A stretch of DNA of 59,119 nt, the filler included, from Sphacelaria rigidula (lineage: Eukaryota), in the NCBI GenBank assembly GCA_964200075.2. It is 8 parts of 8 records of this genome, joined end to end, with 100 filler letters (N's around TTAATTAATTAA, not from the genome) between each part and the next. Parts side by side here need not be neighbours in the genome. Positions count along the whole stretch, not along the records: positions 37,015 to 44,316 come from CAXNAA020015540.1; positions 44,417 to 51,718 come from CAXNAA020015541.1; 6 more parts are not named here. One strand, given 5' to 3'. A program made the translations under genes and the position numbers. The notes under the pieces are model-generated. The model saw nothing but the letters and a program-made list of their open reading frames with translations, searched no databases and was not told the origin of the DNA. This document shows positions 37,693-49,167 of the stretch, in pieces (the first letter of the stretch is position 1; every line of letters starts with the position of its first letter).

Positions 37693-38306
37693 GGTTGAAA
37701 TAGCTCGTGTTGAGAGACCCTGTCGTCAAGACAGGCCAACCACTTATTCAGCGAATAGGGGTCTTCACAGAGGATGCACCAGTGATCGTCAGATCACTTG
37801 CTTCTGCAGCACAGATAAACTCAGTTGAAACAAATAAATGGTGGTGGGGCTCTTCACCTGGCCAAGACAAAACAGAATGCACAGTTCCTTCAGCAAGCAG
37901 GAACTGGAGGTAATGGAGGAGAGTAAGAGTATGGGCGATCGAGGTGACCGAGACCATGCTCATCAATTGCTGGAACAAAAAGAAATCGCTATACGTACGT
38001 AGCAAAAAGGCTTCCATGTCACTTGCGTGGCGTGGTGCCAGCTCACACACAACAGGATATACTGCAAGCTGTGCTACCTACCTACTTCTACAGCATACTA
38101 CTGTATAACAATTCCTGGCAGCACACTGTCATTCTCAAAGCCTCACGTGGCAACAAGATACTATCTACTGTAACGGCAATAAACTGTAAATACGCCGTTT
38201 GGCGTGAGCGGGTTCAACCGTAACTAATTACGCCGCTATTTGCTGCAGAGTTTGAACTCATAGAAACAACAAGCAGCTGAGGTACAGGCTGCATATAATT
38301 CCAACA
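37693..38306 (-). repeat. Second LTR: 3' LTR of the upstream Copia and also 5' LTR of a tandem copy
   Basis: Colinear with 43231-43840. Preceded on the minus strand by the PPT GAGGGGA (38313-38307) and followed by a PBS and gag start. Confidence 0.88.
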
Positions 38307-38913
38307 TCCCCTCATGAGTTCAACGGCGTGAAAAATCTAGTTTTCAATCAAACTGGAAATCAGGTACACAAACAGGAGAAATTGCAAGGTACATCTTACT
38401 GATGTGTAGGCATCAGTTTGCATGCAAAACTGCATATTTACCTCGTAAACAGACGCCAATAAAAAACTCGCTACACATTCCGTTTCGTCTCGAAACATAC
38501 ACATGTTTGTTCACTGCACAGGCATCAGCCCTTTTGAGCCTGCAGTAACCAAAGGAACGATCTTTTGTGATACGTCTCGGCTTATTCGTAGAGACATCTA
38601 AAATAGGGAGAAAAAGAGTCAGTGTGGAAAAATTTATCCACCAGAATAAAGAAACAAATACGGTAAGGTGAAGCTCACCAGATATACTCCGCACAACAAA
38701 CATGGAAACTTCCGTTCCATAAAGATCATTCTTCGAATTTATATTTTGCATAGGAGAATCAATTCCGTACCATATGCAAGTGCTGTACACATGCCAAAGT
38801 ACGTACGGCACTTATGCTACCAATCTTATTGAACGAGGTACCTTCCTATACACAAGAAAAAACGTGAATTTCACATGAACCAACTCCTGACCCAACAGCA
38901 CTCGTATGTTGGG

Positions 38914-39548
38914 TCAAATTTCGATCGATACATCCAAGTCTCGTCCGTATTTGGAGGGTCTCGTAAGTACTGATGACGACACCCCTACCTTGGCTAGTCG
39001 AAAGGTTAGAAGGTCATGAACCCTCTTCGTAAGGAGGACATCAAAATCGTCCGGTGTCTCATTAATCCAACCTTTTGTCAAAAAGTTTAGTACTCTTAAA
39101 TCCAAGAAACAACAGATGTCTGCTGTAAAGTAGAGCTGCTTGAGGGAACGTAAAAAGTCGAATATGGTAGGATATTCACTTTCGTCGAAAAAACCGAAGC
39201 GTCTTAGATCTACTGCCATTCTCCTCGCCGTCCAGCATTGTCCTGGTACTCGGACGTTTTGTAAGTATCTTCTTCGGCAACCCCAGTTGATAGTGGATCC
39301 TTGTGCGATGTATGGTAGCTGAGCTGCTTGGTTCCCGAGGCGGTCACTAGCGCGTGGAGTAACACCGGTAGGTTGTTGTACGGGTGTATTTCCGAGGCGC
39401 GCTCTGGCGCGAGGAGTAACGCCGGTGGATTGAGTTTATTACGGCATGCGTTCCTGCGCGAATGACGGTTTGCGCCTGTGCGGGAGTCACCAGTGTTGTT
39501 GGTAATGCGGGCGATACGTGAGTTGCGGGCGTTGCGGTTTCCAATCAT
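38914..39548 (-). pseudogene. Extra ORF of unknown function between Copia pol and the 3' LTR (~210 aa with one frameshift)
   Basis: ATG at 39548 (MIGNRNARNSRIAR...). A second frame is open from 39435 to 38914 (174 codons: QSTGVTPRARARLGNTPVQQPTGVTPRASDRLG...WGCRRRYLQ...DLRRFGFFDESEYPTIFDFLRSLKQLYF...). Confidence 0.55.
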
Positions 39549-39769
39549 GTTTGGTAGTGGTTTGTGAAGGGTCGGTTTGTAGATGGGGATGAAGTGATGT
39601 ATTGTCGAAAGGTGGATGGTGAGTTGTGATGTGGTGGGGGCGATGGGTCGCCCGGCTTTGGCTCCTTTACGAAAAGGACGTGTGTAAGTTGATACATCTC
39701 TCTTGACGATGACGTACAGCAGTCGCTTCCGTAAGTACGTATTTCTTTCCAAAATTCATGACTGCGTCC

Positions 39770-41671
39770 AGAAGTCGGTGGTGGGTTGTCCTCTTGCAAT
39801 GTTTGGTGAGTATATCGGCCAGTTGCGCGGTAGTTTTGATGTAGTTGATGGTAATCTTGCCGTTGGTGATGAGGTCCTTCACGCTGAAAAAACGAATCGC
39901 GAGATTTTTACTTTCATTTCGGCAGTTCGCATTTGAAGAAAGATGGTGAGCTCCCTGGGAATCGGAGAAGATGATTTGGAGGCCGAATAGACGACCACCC
40001 GAGCTCTCGCAGAAGATTAAAAAGGTAGGTACCGAACTTTCCTCCTCTCGCCAGGGCAATGAGTTCGGCCTCTGTAGTAGAAGTAGCTGTTATCCGTTAT
40101 CCGTTATAATGATGAATTTGGTCTGCGACTTGTTGATCCTGATGAAGGTACTGCAGGTCAATATTTTCCCCGAAGCAGCTGGAGTTGAGTCCGTCCGCAG
40201 GTTTGTTGCTTCGTCTGCTTGTTCGATGAAGGTAACATTTCTGGAAATGTAGATTTTTCCGGAATACCTATCGTAAATCCGATACGTAGGACTATCATTA
40301 TCATATCCAATCAGTACTCCTTCCCAAGCTTTATCCTCCAGCTTGTTAATGTGCCCCTCCTTGTGCATGAACGCTCGTGATCCTATGATGCGTAGAAATG
40401 CTAGATTCGCCTGTTTACCAAACATCATGTGGTACGGAGTTTCTCCGTTGATGCTCCGATGTGGTAGACGATACATCAAAAATACTGAAGTGGCAGCTAT
40501 TTCCCCCCAAAGAAATTTGGGTAATCCCGCCTCGTTCAGAAGGCAACGAGTAACATTCAAAATGTTCTCCCGTCCCTCTCACTCATGCCGTTTTGCTGAG
40601 GTGAATGTGCGGAACTGAATTCCTTAAGGATGCCTGTCGTCTTGCAATACCGACGAAAGTAGTCTGCTATGTATTCACCCCCACGATCTGACCGTAGGCG
40701 GTGTACCCTAAGTCCTAAGGAAATCGCCACGTCTTGGATGTACTTGACAAGTGTAGAGAGCGCCTCACTTTTTGGCTTGATGAAGTATACAGCTTTTAGT
40801 CGACTGTATTGGTCGGTGAACTTCGCCATGTACTTGTAACCACCTAATGCAGTCGGAGAGAATGGACCCGAGAGGTCGGTAGTGACCAGTTGCAGACGTT
40901 CTGTCACTGACGAAGAGTCGGAGGTTTTTGGATGATTTTTCTGGGTGCTTTTATTTATCATGCTGGTGTCACAAAAGGAAAGTGACCCCGTAAATTTCAC
41001 ACCTGTTTCGGGAATATTCATTACCCGACGCATCGCTGGCTCCGAGGGATGACGCAGTCTCCGATGCCAAACTCCTGCAGTCACAGTTGTAGAAAGAGCT
41101 GAAGCGTCTCCCGCAATCGTCATAGAAGTTAAAGCTGTCCCCATGCCCATATGTTCTCCGGACACCACCTCAGCCGCTAGTGCTAACCCGGTTCTTGAGT
41201 CGACGGGTTTGTGATTCCGGATGATCTTCATGTCGATGTAGTGGAGCAAGCTGTTGTCATCAGGGCGAAGTGGTACTCTAAACTGTCCAAGATCAACATA
41301 AGAACTGACACCAAAAGTTGTTCCGACCCCCTTTGTTCGTAATGCGTAAACAGGAGAAAATATATGCTTTCCCGACCCCGGAACGATGATGGCTGGGAGT
41401 CGGACGGTATGCTCATTTCCCTGCTGATATTTTACTATGGACAGGAGCACTCCTTTCTTAGTTACGCAATTTGATTACCTCCAGCAGTGAGGATCCGCAT
41501 TGGGGGATCCAACTTAACGTAGCTGGTCATATTGTGTTCGAGTTCTGGTAGGAGCTGGTTGTCTAGGTAGTGAAATGTTGCTCCTGAATCACACGCCATC
41601 TTAAATGATATAGACACAGGCTCCTTAATATTATCCTTACGATCAGGACCAGCAAAAATCGAAAAGCCCAA
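39770..41671 (-). pseudogene. Copia pol remnants (protease, integrase, RNase H tail), frameshifted
   Basis: ORFs 41462-41671, 40557-41450, 40090-40560 and 39667-40059 carry consecutive pol motifs in different frames. Confidence 0.88.
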
Positions 41672-42941
41672 ACCACCTGGTGACGGGCACGCGTTAGTCC
41701 CGTCGAAGCTGATGTACCGCTGATTTCTTGAGTCTGATGATTGTAGGATACAGTTGTCGATGTGTCGGTTGTCGTAGGGTTCACGGTGACAGCATTTGCC
41801 TGGTTCTGTTGATTGGTGATGTTGGTCGCACTGAAGCCAGAGTGGTTGTTGGAGCTACTGCTGCGGCTGTTGTTGTGGCGGGTGTTTTGTCGACGACGAT
41901 CGTTGTTTCTACCATGATGGCTGTGACTCCTTGCCGTATTTCCATTTTTCATTTGGCTCTTGCACTCGGTATTATCATGTTTATCGGTACGATGAAGGCT
42001 GCACCACTTAACCGATCTGTTCCTGCTGTTTGGCTGTTGTCTGGATCGGCAGTCTTTGATATGGTCGCCTAATTTTCCACACGAGTGACATTTTCCCTTG
42101 AACTCTGATGATGTCAATGATGAGTCAGACGGCAAAGCCGCGACCATGGCTGATTCACGACCACGTAATTCCTTGTTTCCCAAAATTCCGCGTGCAAGTC
42201 GATTTGCATACATGTTCCGCAGCGCGACTTCAATATCAGAGATGCTGAGGTCGGGGTCACGCTCAGCATCATATTTGACGCGATCGTAATCATCAGTCAG
42301 ACCCTCAACCAGAATGTCCGTCAGTCTTTCATCGGAGATAGGTTCACCCATGTAGACAAGCTGATCACGAAGTTCAAAAATCTTGGTCAAAACCTCGGCT
42401 GGGTCTTGTCCAGGGGACATTTTGGTGTTATCTAGGTGGCGGATCAGTATGCGCCTCCTCTGCTTGGAAGAATTCTCGTACTTTGCGACCAGAGCTTCCC
42501 ATGCGATTTTGCCGTTAGATTTTTGCAGACCCTTCGGCTCGTACCGGAGGAGGTAGCTACTACCTGGGCCTGTAGTTGTCAAATACAAAATATTGAACAA
42601 CTGTTCGTTACAGCAGTCCCAGTTTTCAATCTTTTCAACATTTACCACATTTCTTACATGAGTAAGGTGACGGGAGGTATCCTCTACGTCATCAGCAGGA
42701 TCTTCCTCACCACCGGTAGGATCCGCTTCACCGCCGAAATGATCCGCCTCTCCAACAGCAGGATCCTGATCTTGTACACTTGTATCCACTTTCCCTTCAG
42801 ATGAACGTAGTGGAAGCCCCTGGAAGTGGGTGTGAGGTCGAGTTGGTCTCGACGTGGGTCATGAAATTATAGTTGGTTCAAAATCTTGAACTTGATCCAC
42901 GTCATCATAAATTTACACGGGGCGTTTTCCCCCGTTCATCA
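41563..42941 (-). pseudogene. Copia gag (early stop near 42910)
   Basis: 408-aa ORF with AWEALVAKYE, LVEGLTDDYD and a CCHC knuckle. The N-terminus MNGGKRPV is intact in the tandem copy. Confidence 0.85.
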
Positions 42942-43230
42942 TACCCGAAATCCCTGGATGCGTGAGGGAAATCAGGGCGCGTGTACTGCGCTTCCATTGG
43001 AGAAAGTTCTTTCCGTCGAACTTGCTGATGCTCTTGATCAGTTGGGCGATCGATAACTCTCCTTGATTATTCATCTTTTTGCAACGTGTGACAGTTGATC
43101 ACAACAAAAAATTGTGCCAGGAAAACCTCTGAAGACTGTACTCTGCTCACTTGTGTTGCGGTGACGACCTTGATGTGACGTCCCCTTGCTGGTGCCGACT
43201 GGTGTATTCGCGAATCGAGGGCTCAAAACC

Positions 43231-43840
43231 TGTTGGAATAGCTCGTGTTGAGAGGCACTGTCGTGAAGACAGGCCAACCACTTATTCAGCGAATAGTGGT
43301 ATTTGCAGAGGATGCACCAGTGATAGTCAGATCACTTGCTTCTGCAGCACAGATAAACTCAGTTGAAACAAATGGTTGTGAGGCTCTTCATCCGGCCAAG
43401 ACAAAACAGAATGCACAGTTCCTTCAGCAAGCAGGAACTGGAGGTAATGGAGGAGAGTGAGAGTATGGGCGATCGAGGTGACCGAGTCCATGCTCATCAA
43501 TTCCTGGAACAAAAACAAATCGCTTTATGTTCGTAGCAAAAAGGCTTCCATGTCACTTGCGTGGCGTGGCGCCAGCTCACACACAACAGGATACACTGCA
43601 AGCTGTGCTACCCACCTACTTCTACAGCATACTACTGTATAACAATTCCTGGCAGCACACTGTCATTCTCGAAGCCTTACGTGGCAATAAGATACTATCT
43701 ACTGTAACGACAATAAACTGTAAATACGCCGTTTGGCGTGAGCGGGTTCAACCGTAACTAATTACGCCGCTATTTGCTGCAGAGTTGGAACTCATAGATA
43801 CAACAAGCAGCTGAGGTACAGGCTGCGTAGAATTCCAACA
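43231..43840 (-). repeat. 5' LTR of Ty1/Copia element (610 bp)
   Basis: TGTTGGAAT...ATTCCAACA inverted termini. Followed on the minus strand by the PBS GGTTTTGAGCCC (Copia half-tRNAiMet type, GGTTATGGGCCC-like). Confidence 0.9.
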
Positions 43841-44733
43841 CACACGACAGTAGTGTGTAGATAGCACTGCGTACCGATAAACATATTTTTCCTCATTTTC
43901 TGTAAGAACCAAGGCGGTGACAACTGACGCAACACCCGCGGCCATTCGGCTACCTGTAGAGGATTTTGTAAAACGAAACCCTCCCTAGCGTCCGTTCTTC
44001 CTCGAAGGTCTGTGTCGAAATCCTCTGGATTGTTTTTGAAGCACGCGCAAGCTATGGAAAATGCAAGTTGGACAACCCCTGCTGTTCGAAATAAATCCTT
44101 CATACCCGATGTTGGGCAGAAAAGATGTATTTCGAACAGCAGAGACTGTACAAATCCCACAGACACTGGTAAGTGGAATTCGTAAAGAGTCATCCTACGA
44201 TAGGGGGGGGGGGGGGGATTTTGGGCCATTCATCCTACGATAGGGGGCTAAAAACGTCCCCTTTTTCGCCCCGATATCGAGGCGAAAAGGTGTTTTCGCA
44301 CATACGCTTTGGGGGCNNNNNNNNNNNNNNNNNNNNNNNNNNNNNNNNNNNNNNNNNNNNTTAATTAATTAANNNNNNNNNNNNNNNNNNNNNNNNNNNN
44401 NNNNNNNNNNNNNNNNCCGGGTTCTCGCCGGACCAGGCTACCTCCGGGAGGGGGGGGGGGTGAAGGAGGAGGAGGAGGAGGAGGAGGGGGAGGAGAAGAT
44501 GGTGGCGGCGGCAGTGGGCGGCGGCGGTGGTGATGGTGGGAGGGGTTACCTTTTGTTTTGTGACACTGTAAGGTGCTTTGACGTGCACCTGGTACGTGTT
44601 CCATGAATACAATTTGAAAGCCAAATATGTCTGGGTAACCAAAAATGTTTGCCTTAATCGCAGGTAGCAACAGGCTGTTGTGACTTCCTCATCAACCCCT
44701 CTCCCTGGAGACACTTACCAGGCGATAGTTTTG

Positions 44734-45555
44734 AGGGCAGGTCGAGTGTAGAGTATGTAGTTTTTGAATACTCGAGTAAAATACCCGGGTATTTCCTCAA
44801 CTCGAATTTTGAGCAGGTCGAGTACGGCCTTGCAAACTCTTCTCAAAGTTTGGGTAGATTGAGTACGGCCTTGAATACTCCACTCAAAGTTTGAGCAGAT
44901 CGAGGACGACCTCCAACACTCTAATCAAATATTGAGTAAGCACTCTCACTAATACTTGAGTATGGAGTATCACTTGGCTATGACCTCAATACTCTACTCA
45001 AATATTGGGTAGATTGAGTATGGCCTCAGATACTTCACTCAAAGTTTGGGTGGATTGAGTATGGCCTTGAATACTCTACTCAAAGTTTGAGCAGATCGAG
45101 TACGACCTCCAACACTCTACTCAAATATTGCGTAAGCACTCTCAGTGATTTTCGAGTATAGAGTATGACTTGGGTATGACCTCAATACTCTACTCAAAGT
45201 TTGGGTAGGTCGAGTACGGCCTCAAACACTCTACTCAAATTTTGGGTAGGTCGAGTACGGCCTCAAATACTCTGCTCAAAGTTGAGTAGATCGAGTACGA
45301 ACTCCAATGCGCTACTCAAATATTGAGTAAGAACTCTCAGTAATTCTCGTTTTTAATAGAGTATGACTTGGGTATGACCTCAATACTCCATTCAATTTTC
45401 AGGTAGATTGAGTATGGCCTCAACCACTCTACACAAATTTTGGGTAAAATGCGCACGACGTCAAAACAATTTTACGATACTCAAAATTTTGAATACTAAA
45501 AGTATGACCCTTCGAAAATACTGAGTATTGAGTATACTCGACTCGACCTGCCCTA
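44734..45555. mobile_element. Non-autonomous hAT-like element with TACTC/GAGTA tandem subterminal repeats (relative of 26686-29305)
   Basis: TIR AGGGCAGGTCGAGT / ACTCGACCTGCCCT. Internal ~33-bp units ACTCTACTCAAA(G/T)TTTGGGTAG(G/A)T(C/T)GAGTA(C/T)GGCCTC. No clean TSD. Confidence 0.75.
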
Positions 45556-45994
45556 GGAGAGTTTTGTCCGTTTTGCTACTCTCGTACCTGCGCAATCTCC
45601 TGTAAATGAGTTATAGCGAGGGATTGGGGGAGGGAGTTGGATGGGGAGGCGACGGGATTGGACGAGGCGGTGAACCTCGACATTCCTGTTGGATCTATAT
45701 TCATCAGGTGTTTTGTTTGTAAAGGTTTTCGCATGAGGGCAGACAGACGCCGCACACTCGGCCGAGGCTCCCTGAATAGAGGAATCTCCTCATGAGAACC
45801 CCACCTCAGTGATGATCCGTAGCATAAAGGGCTTCTACCTTTCAACCCCGTATGCAAATGGGCAACGTAACGCATCGCGACGCCCGCTTGCGACAAAACT
45901 TGCTCCCCCTGCCGCCTACATCCCCTGACCCGGTCCCGGAAGCGCAGGTACTCCTACTCGGCAGTAACGTCGCCGTGTACCATGGATTCTATAC

Positions 45995-46094
45995 CTGTAG
46001 TCCTGTACACAGCACCAGCACATCATAGGGGACCACACAACCGCCAGGCAGAAGAATGGCGCCATTTTCACGATCGAGATCAACCATGCGGGAC
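45995..46094 (-). CDS. CFAP61: CFAP61 internal exon (SRMVDLDRENGAILLPGGCVVPYDVLVLCTGLQ); not in the ORF track
   Basis: AG acceptor in phase 2 completes AG|G (Arg). Contains the PYD.L.LCTG motif. GTATAG donor, 100 nt. Confidence 0.88.
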
Positions 46095-46416
46095 CTTATT
46101 GTACGCTCCGCCAGGGCAACACGGAGAAAATGTATGGGGATAATAGGAGACCGGGAGGGGGTGGGGCGCGTTAGGAGAGGAGTTCAGTGGAGGCGGAGGG
46201 TCACAACCTGTGTCCGCCATTCGCAGGAATTCAAAGCACTTTAGAGAAGAACTTTAGAGAAGAACGCCTCTAAGCCTCAAAAGAATGTACGGGTGGACTT
46301 CCTGCCCACCCTGAGTTGAAGTCTCGAGTCATGCTGCGATAGGAGGGGGTGTACTCATTTGTTGCTTGCCTTGGTCGTTTGACCATTGATCATGCATCCC
46401 TTTCTAGACGCATTCC

Positions 46417-46655
46417 GATAGGGGGGGGGGGTGTTCAATTCCACGAAAAAATGGGCTCATAGGCGCGTCAGACGATCCAACACACTCGCGGTGTGCTTGT
46501 ATTTGGGCAAAAACGATGTCAAAGAGTATGAATAAGCTTTACAAATCGGAAGCAAGCGCGTTCGAACTACCGTTGCTGCTATCAACGGCGATTGCAAGTA
46601 GAATTTCGTGGAAGAAAACGGCCCTAAATACCCCCCCCCGGCCCCCTATTGTAGC
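46417..46655. mobile_element. Poly-G/poly-C-bounded MITE-like repeat in a CFAP61 intron; second copy at 58593-59078
   Basis: GGGGGGGGG..TTC(A/G)ATTCCACGAAAAAA...TTTCGTGGAA...AAATACCCCCCCCC, colinear with 58593-59078. Confidence 0.7.
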
Positions 46656-46858
46656 ATGACTCTCTCGCAGGGGTTAACAACATTGGCGAGGCCAGGGGCA
46701 AAACGCCTTGGAGGAGTAAGCTTATTATTGTGACAACAGCACGTTCCGTTCGCACTGCGCCCACAATAGTACGGAAAAAAATTCTCGAAAATATCGCAGT
46801 TTTGTCACAATTTGCTAACGCGCCCACATCCTCACCACCACTGGACAGTGCACTTTAC

Positions 46859-47265
46859 CTTACAACCCGAACGTGTCTCTCCAACCCCATCCTCGCCATC
46901 CTTTCCTCGTCGGGGGCGTCTTCATCCAGAGGACAAAACATTACCCCCTCACCCGCTTTTCTTTCCCGGCCCGCGCTCCCTACCACCCAGGGAACGCGAT
47001 CGCCATCCTGAGGGATTTCCACGCCTCCTCCGGCTGCTCCCAACCGATCGTTCTTACCGCCTTCAGCGCAGACGTAGGGCGGAGGAACGAGCAGCCCTTC
47101 GGGCGACACCAGAGTCAGGCTCGTGAGGTTGAGATAGGGCGTAAACACTAGACCTTCTAGGCAGGCAAGGCCGGCGGAGGACGCTCCGATGACGACGACG
47201 CGTCGGTTGGCGGTAATCTTGGGTTCAGTTACAAACCGCCGAGACAGGAAGTACAACGCTGCCGG
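46859..47265 (-). CDS. CFAP61: CFAP61 internal exon, start of the FAD/NAD(P)-binding-like domain
   Basis: TEPKITANRRVVVIGASSAGLACLEGL...LTLVSPEGL. NAGNAG acceptor (47268 or 47265) and GTAAAG donor in phase 2. Confidence 0.88.
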
Positions 47266-48097
47266 CTGCTTCCGGAAAAAAATATTTCATGCGTCCATTT
47301 TTCCATTTTGTTTTTCCCCAGCATATGAATATTCGGTTTTCCGTTTTCCGTTTTCCGTTTTCCGTTTTTCCGGCGTTGTAGGGAACGTGCGTGGACGGCG
47401 GTTCGTCGAGGGGGGCAACGGGTGGACGTAGCACCCAAGTCACGCGATGGTGGAACCCATGCGATACGGAGGGGAGGTGGCGGGCGGCGACGTGGGGGCA
47501 TTGGGGAAGGGCTGCGCGTCAGTGCTTTAGGTGCGTGACGGTCTGCATGGTTTTCTACTTGATGGGTCGAAACATATTTGTCGTTTTCCGCGACTATCTA
47601 GAATGGCATATGCGCCAGAGAGGTCACACAACGCTTTCTGGAACAGAAACAACTAGATGGCGCCTCGCGGATGATCCTGAGATGGAGCTGAGTCTGAGTG
47701 AGGTTCAAGCGTACGCGCAAGGAGGACACCCGAACGACCGGTTTGGTTTTCCCAACTGGGAGAGCTTTGCCGCGGATACTCCTTCTTTACCACTTCCATC
47801 CTCCGCTCTGACACGTGGATCTCTACCTATCAGCTGAGTCCCCACCATGTCGAACCCATTGCGTGCCTGACCAATCAACCGAAGCGCGTCTCACTGCAAT
47901 CTTCTTTTTTTCACGCGTCTACGAAGGAATGTCCTCTGCCGCCTGGGGTTGAAAACATTGGTAAGTTGTGGTAATAAAAAGCATTTTTTGGCGTTCATCG
48001 AGATTCCCCGTCCTCGCCCACGATAAATGATGCATGCCGTTGCTTTTTATTTCGGATTATCGACTCTCTGGGTACTCGCGGTACGTGTACCAATTGT

Positions 48098-48142
<45 letters not shown>

Positions 48143-48210
48143 TTCTCCCCCTCTCTCGCCTCGGGTTCCACCCTCCGCCGTCCTCCGCCTCCCGTGTATC
48201 TTGTTGCTAC

Positions 48211-48339
48211 CTCGCCGGGCTGAAGTTGCACGCGACGTCTTGGCCTCACGGGGATCAGATTCCACGGAACTTCGGGGGGAAGATCGGAGTCGGGGGGGCT
48301 ACGCCAATACAACACAGATTTATCGTACAGTCGCATAAC
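48211..48339 (-). CDS. CFAP61: CFAP61 internal exon (VMRLYDKSVLYW...LIPVRPRRRVQLQPGE)
   Basis: CAG acceptor, phase 0, continuing LKE|VMRL. Contains the conserved PVRPRR motif. GTAGCA donor. Confidence 0.8.
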
Positions 48340-48857
48340 CTGCTTTCATATCGTTCAGGTGCGGTTAAAGGAGGCGGGGGGGGGAGAAGGGTGAAACGTA
48401 TGCGGCCTTTAGGGGGTGGGGGATGGTATTGAGGAAGAATGAGTGTTGATAGTGCCGGTGCTACTGCGAGAACATCGCCAAGCTAGTCCACTATGTGACG
48501 GACACCTGGCCCCGGATGCTTCATCCCGATAAAAACTGTCGACCAGCGATCTTGACAAGTTTACACACAGGCGCCGGTGTGGGGCGTTACGACCTATCGC
48601 TGCCGCGTATATATGTATAATCTGCTATTGCAAGAAGTGTCAAGGGAACAAACAGGTGCTTCAAACCTATCGCTGAAATGAAGTACCGTCCACACACCAT
48701 GATGCTACGTTCAGTTGGGAAAGAAAAATCTCAGTAAATAGAAACCCCCACAAGAATGGGCACACAAGCTCCCGGGGAGGGAGAGGGCGAGGTAGTATAT
48801 ATTGGGGACATTCCCCCCTCCCTGTTCATTTGCCCGCACGTGGAAGTTGTAAATATG

Positions 48858-48916
<59 letters not shown>

Positions 48917-48927
48917 ACGACCTATAC

Positions 48928-49167
48928 CTCTTTTAGTGCGAATCGGCAGTGGCCCGAAAATATGGGATTGAGTGCCAGCGCGGTCAAGACAGCCTGATTC
49001 CGGGGTCGATGTCGGTCGAAGGCGATGAACTCCTCCACGTGGAACTCGCATCGGATCCGAGCCACCTCGTCTCCGCCGCACAACTCCCTGCTCGCCACCA
49101 ACACCCCGACCACCTGGCGGCCCAGGGTCGCTACGAAGGCCGCCGACGGGGGATTGTCGATGAGATC
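48928..49167 (-). CDS. CFAP61: Cilia- and flagella-associated protein 61, internal exon
   Basis: CAG...GT boundaries, 240 nt. AFVATLGRQVVGV...IRCEFHVEEFIAFDRH...LALNPIFSGHCRFALKE resembles CFAP61 'IRSHYNIEDFIYF...FALNPIF..FFLKE'. Confidence 0.85.

Larger units (their letters stand above)
37693..43840 (-). mobile_element. Ty1/Copia LTR retrotransposon, defective: gag, protease, integrase, RNase H C-terminus; RT deleted
   Basis: Gag UBN2-like region and zinc knuckle CHSCGKLGDHIKDC. Protease CDSGATFHY. GAG-pre-integrase WHRRLRHPS. Integrase DLSGP / RSDRGGEY / PQQNGMSER, then SH3-like GVLIGYD..SRNVTF. RNase H SDSQGA...QLADILTK. No YVDD RT domain. Confidence 0.93.

Noticed and set aside
45588-45705. 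Next CFAP61 exon
   Set aside because: It has AG/GT boundaries, but the phase-0 reading needed after ...CTGLQ hits a stop and no CFAP61 similarity is recognisable. Left uncalled.
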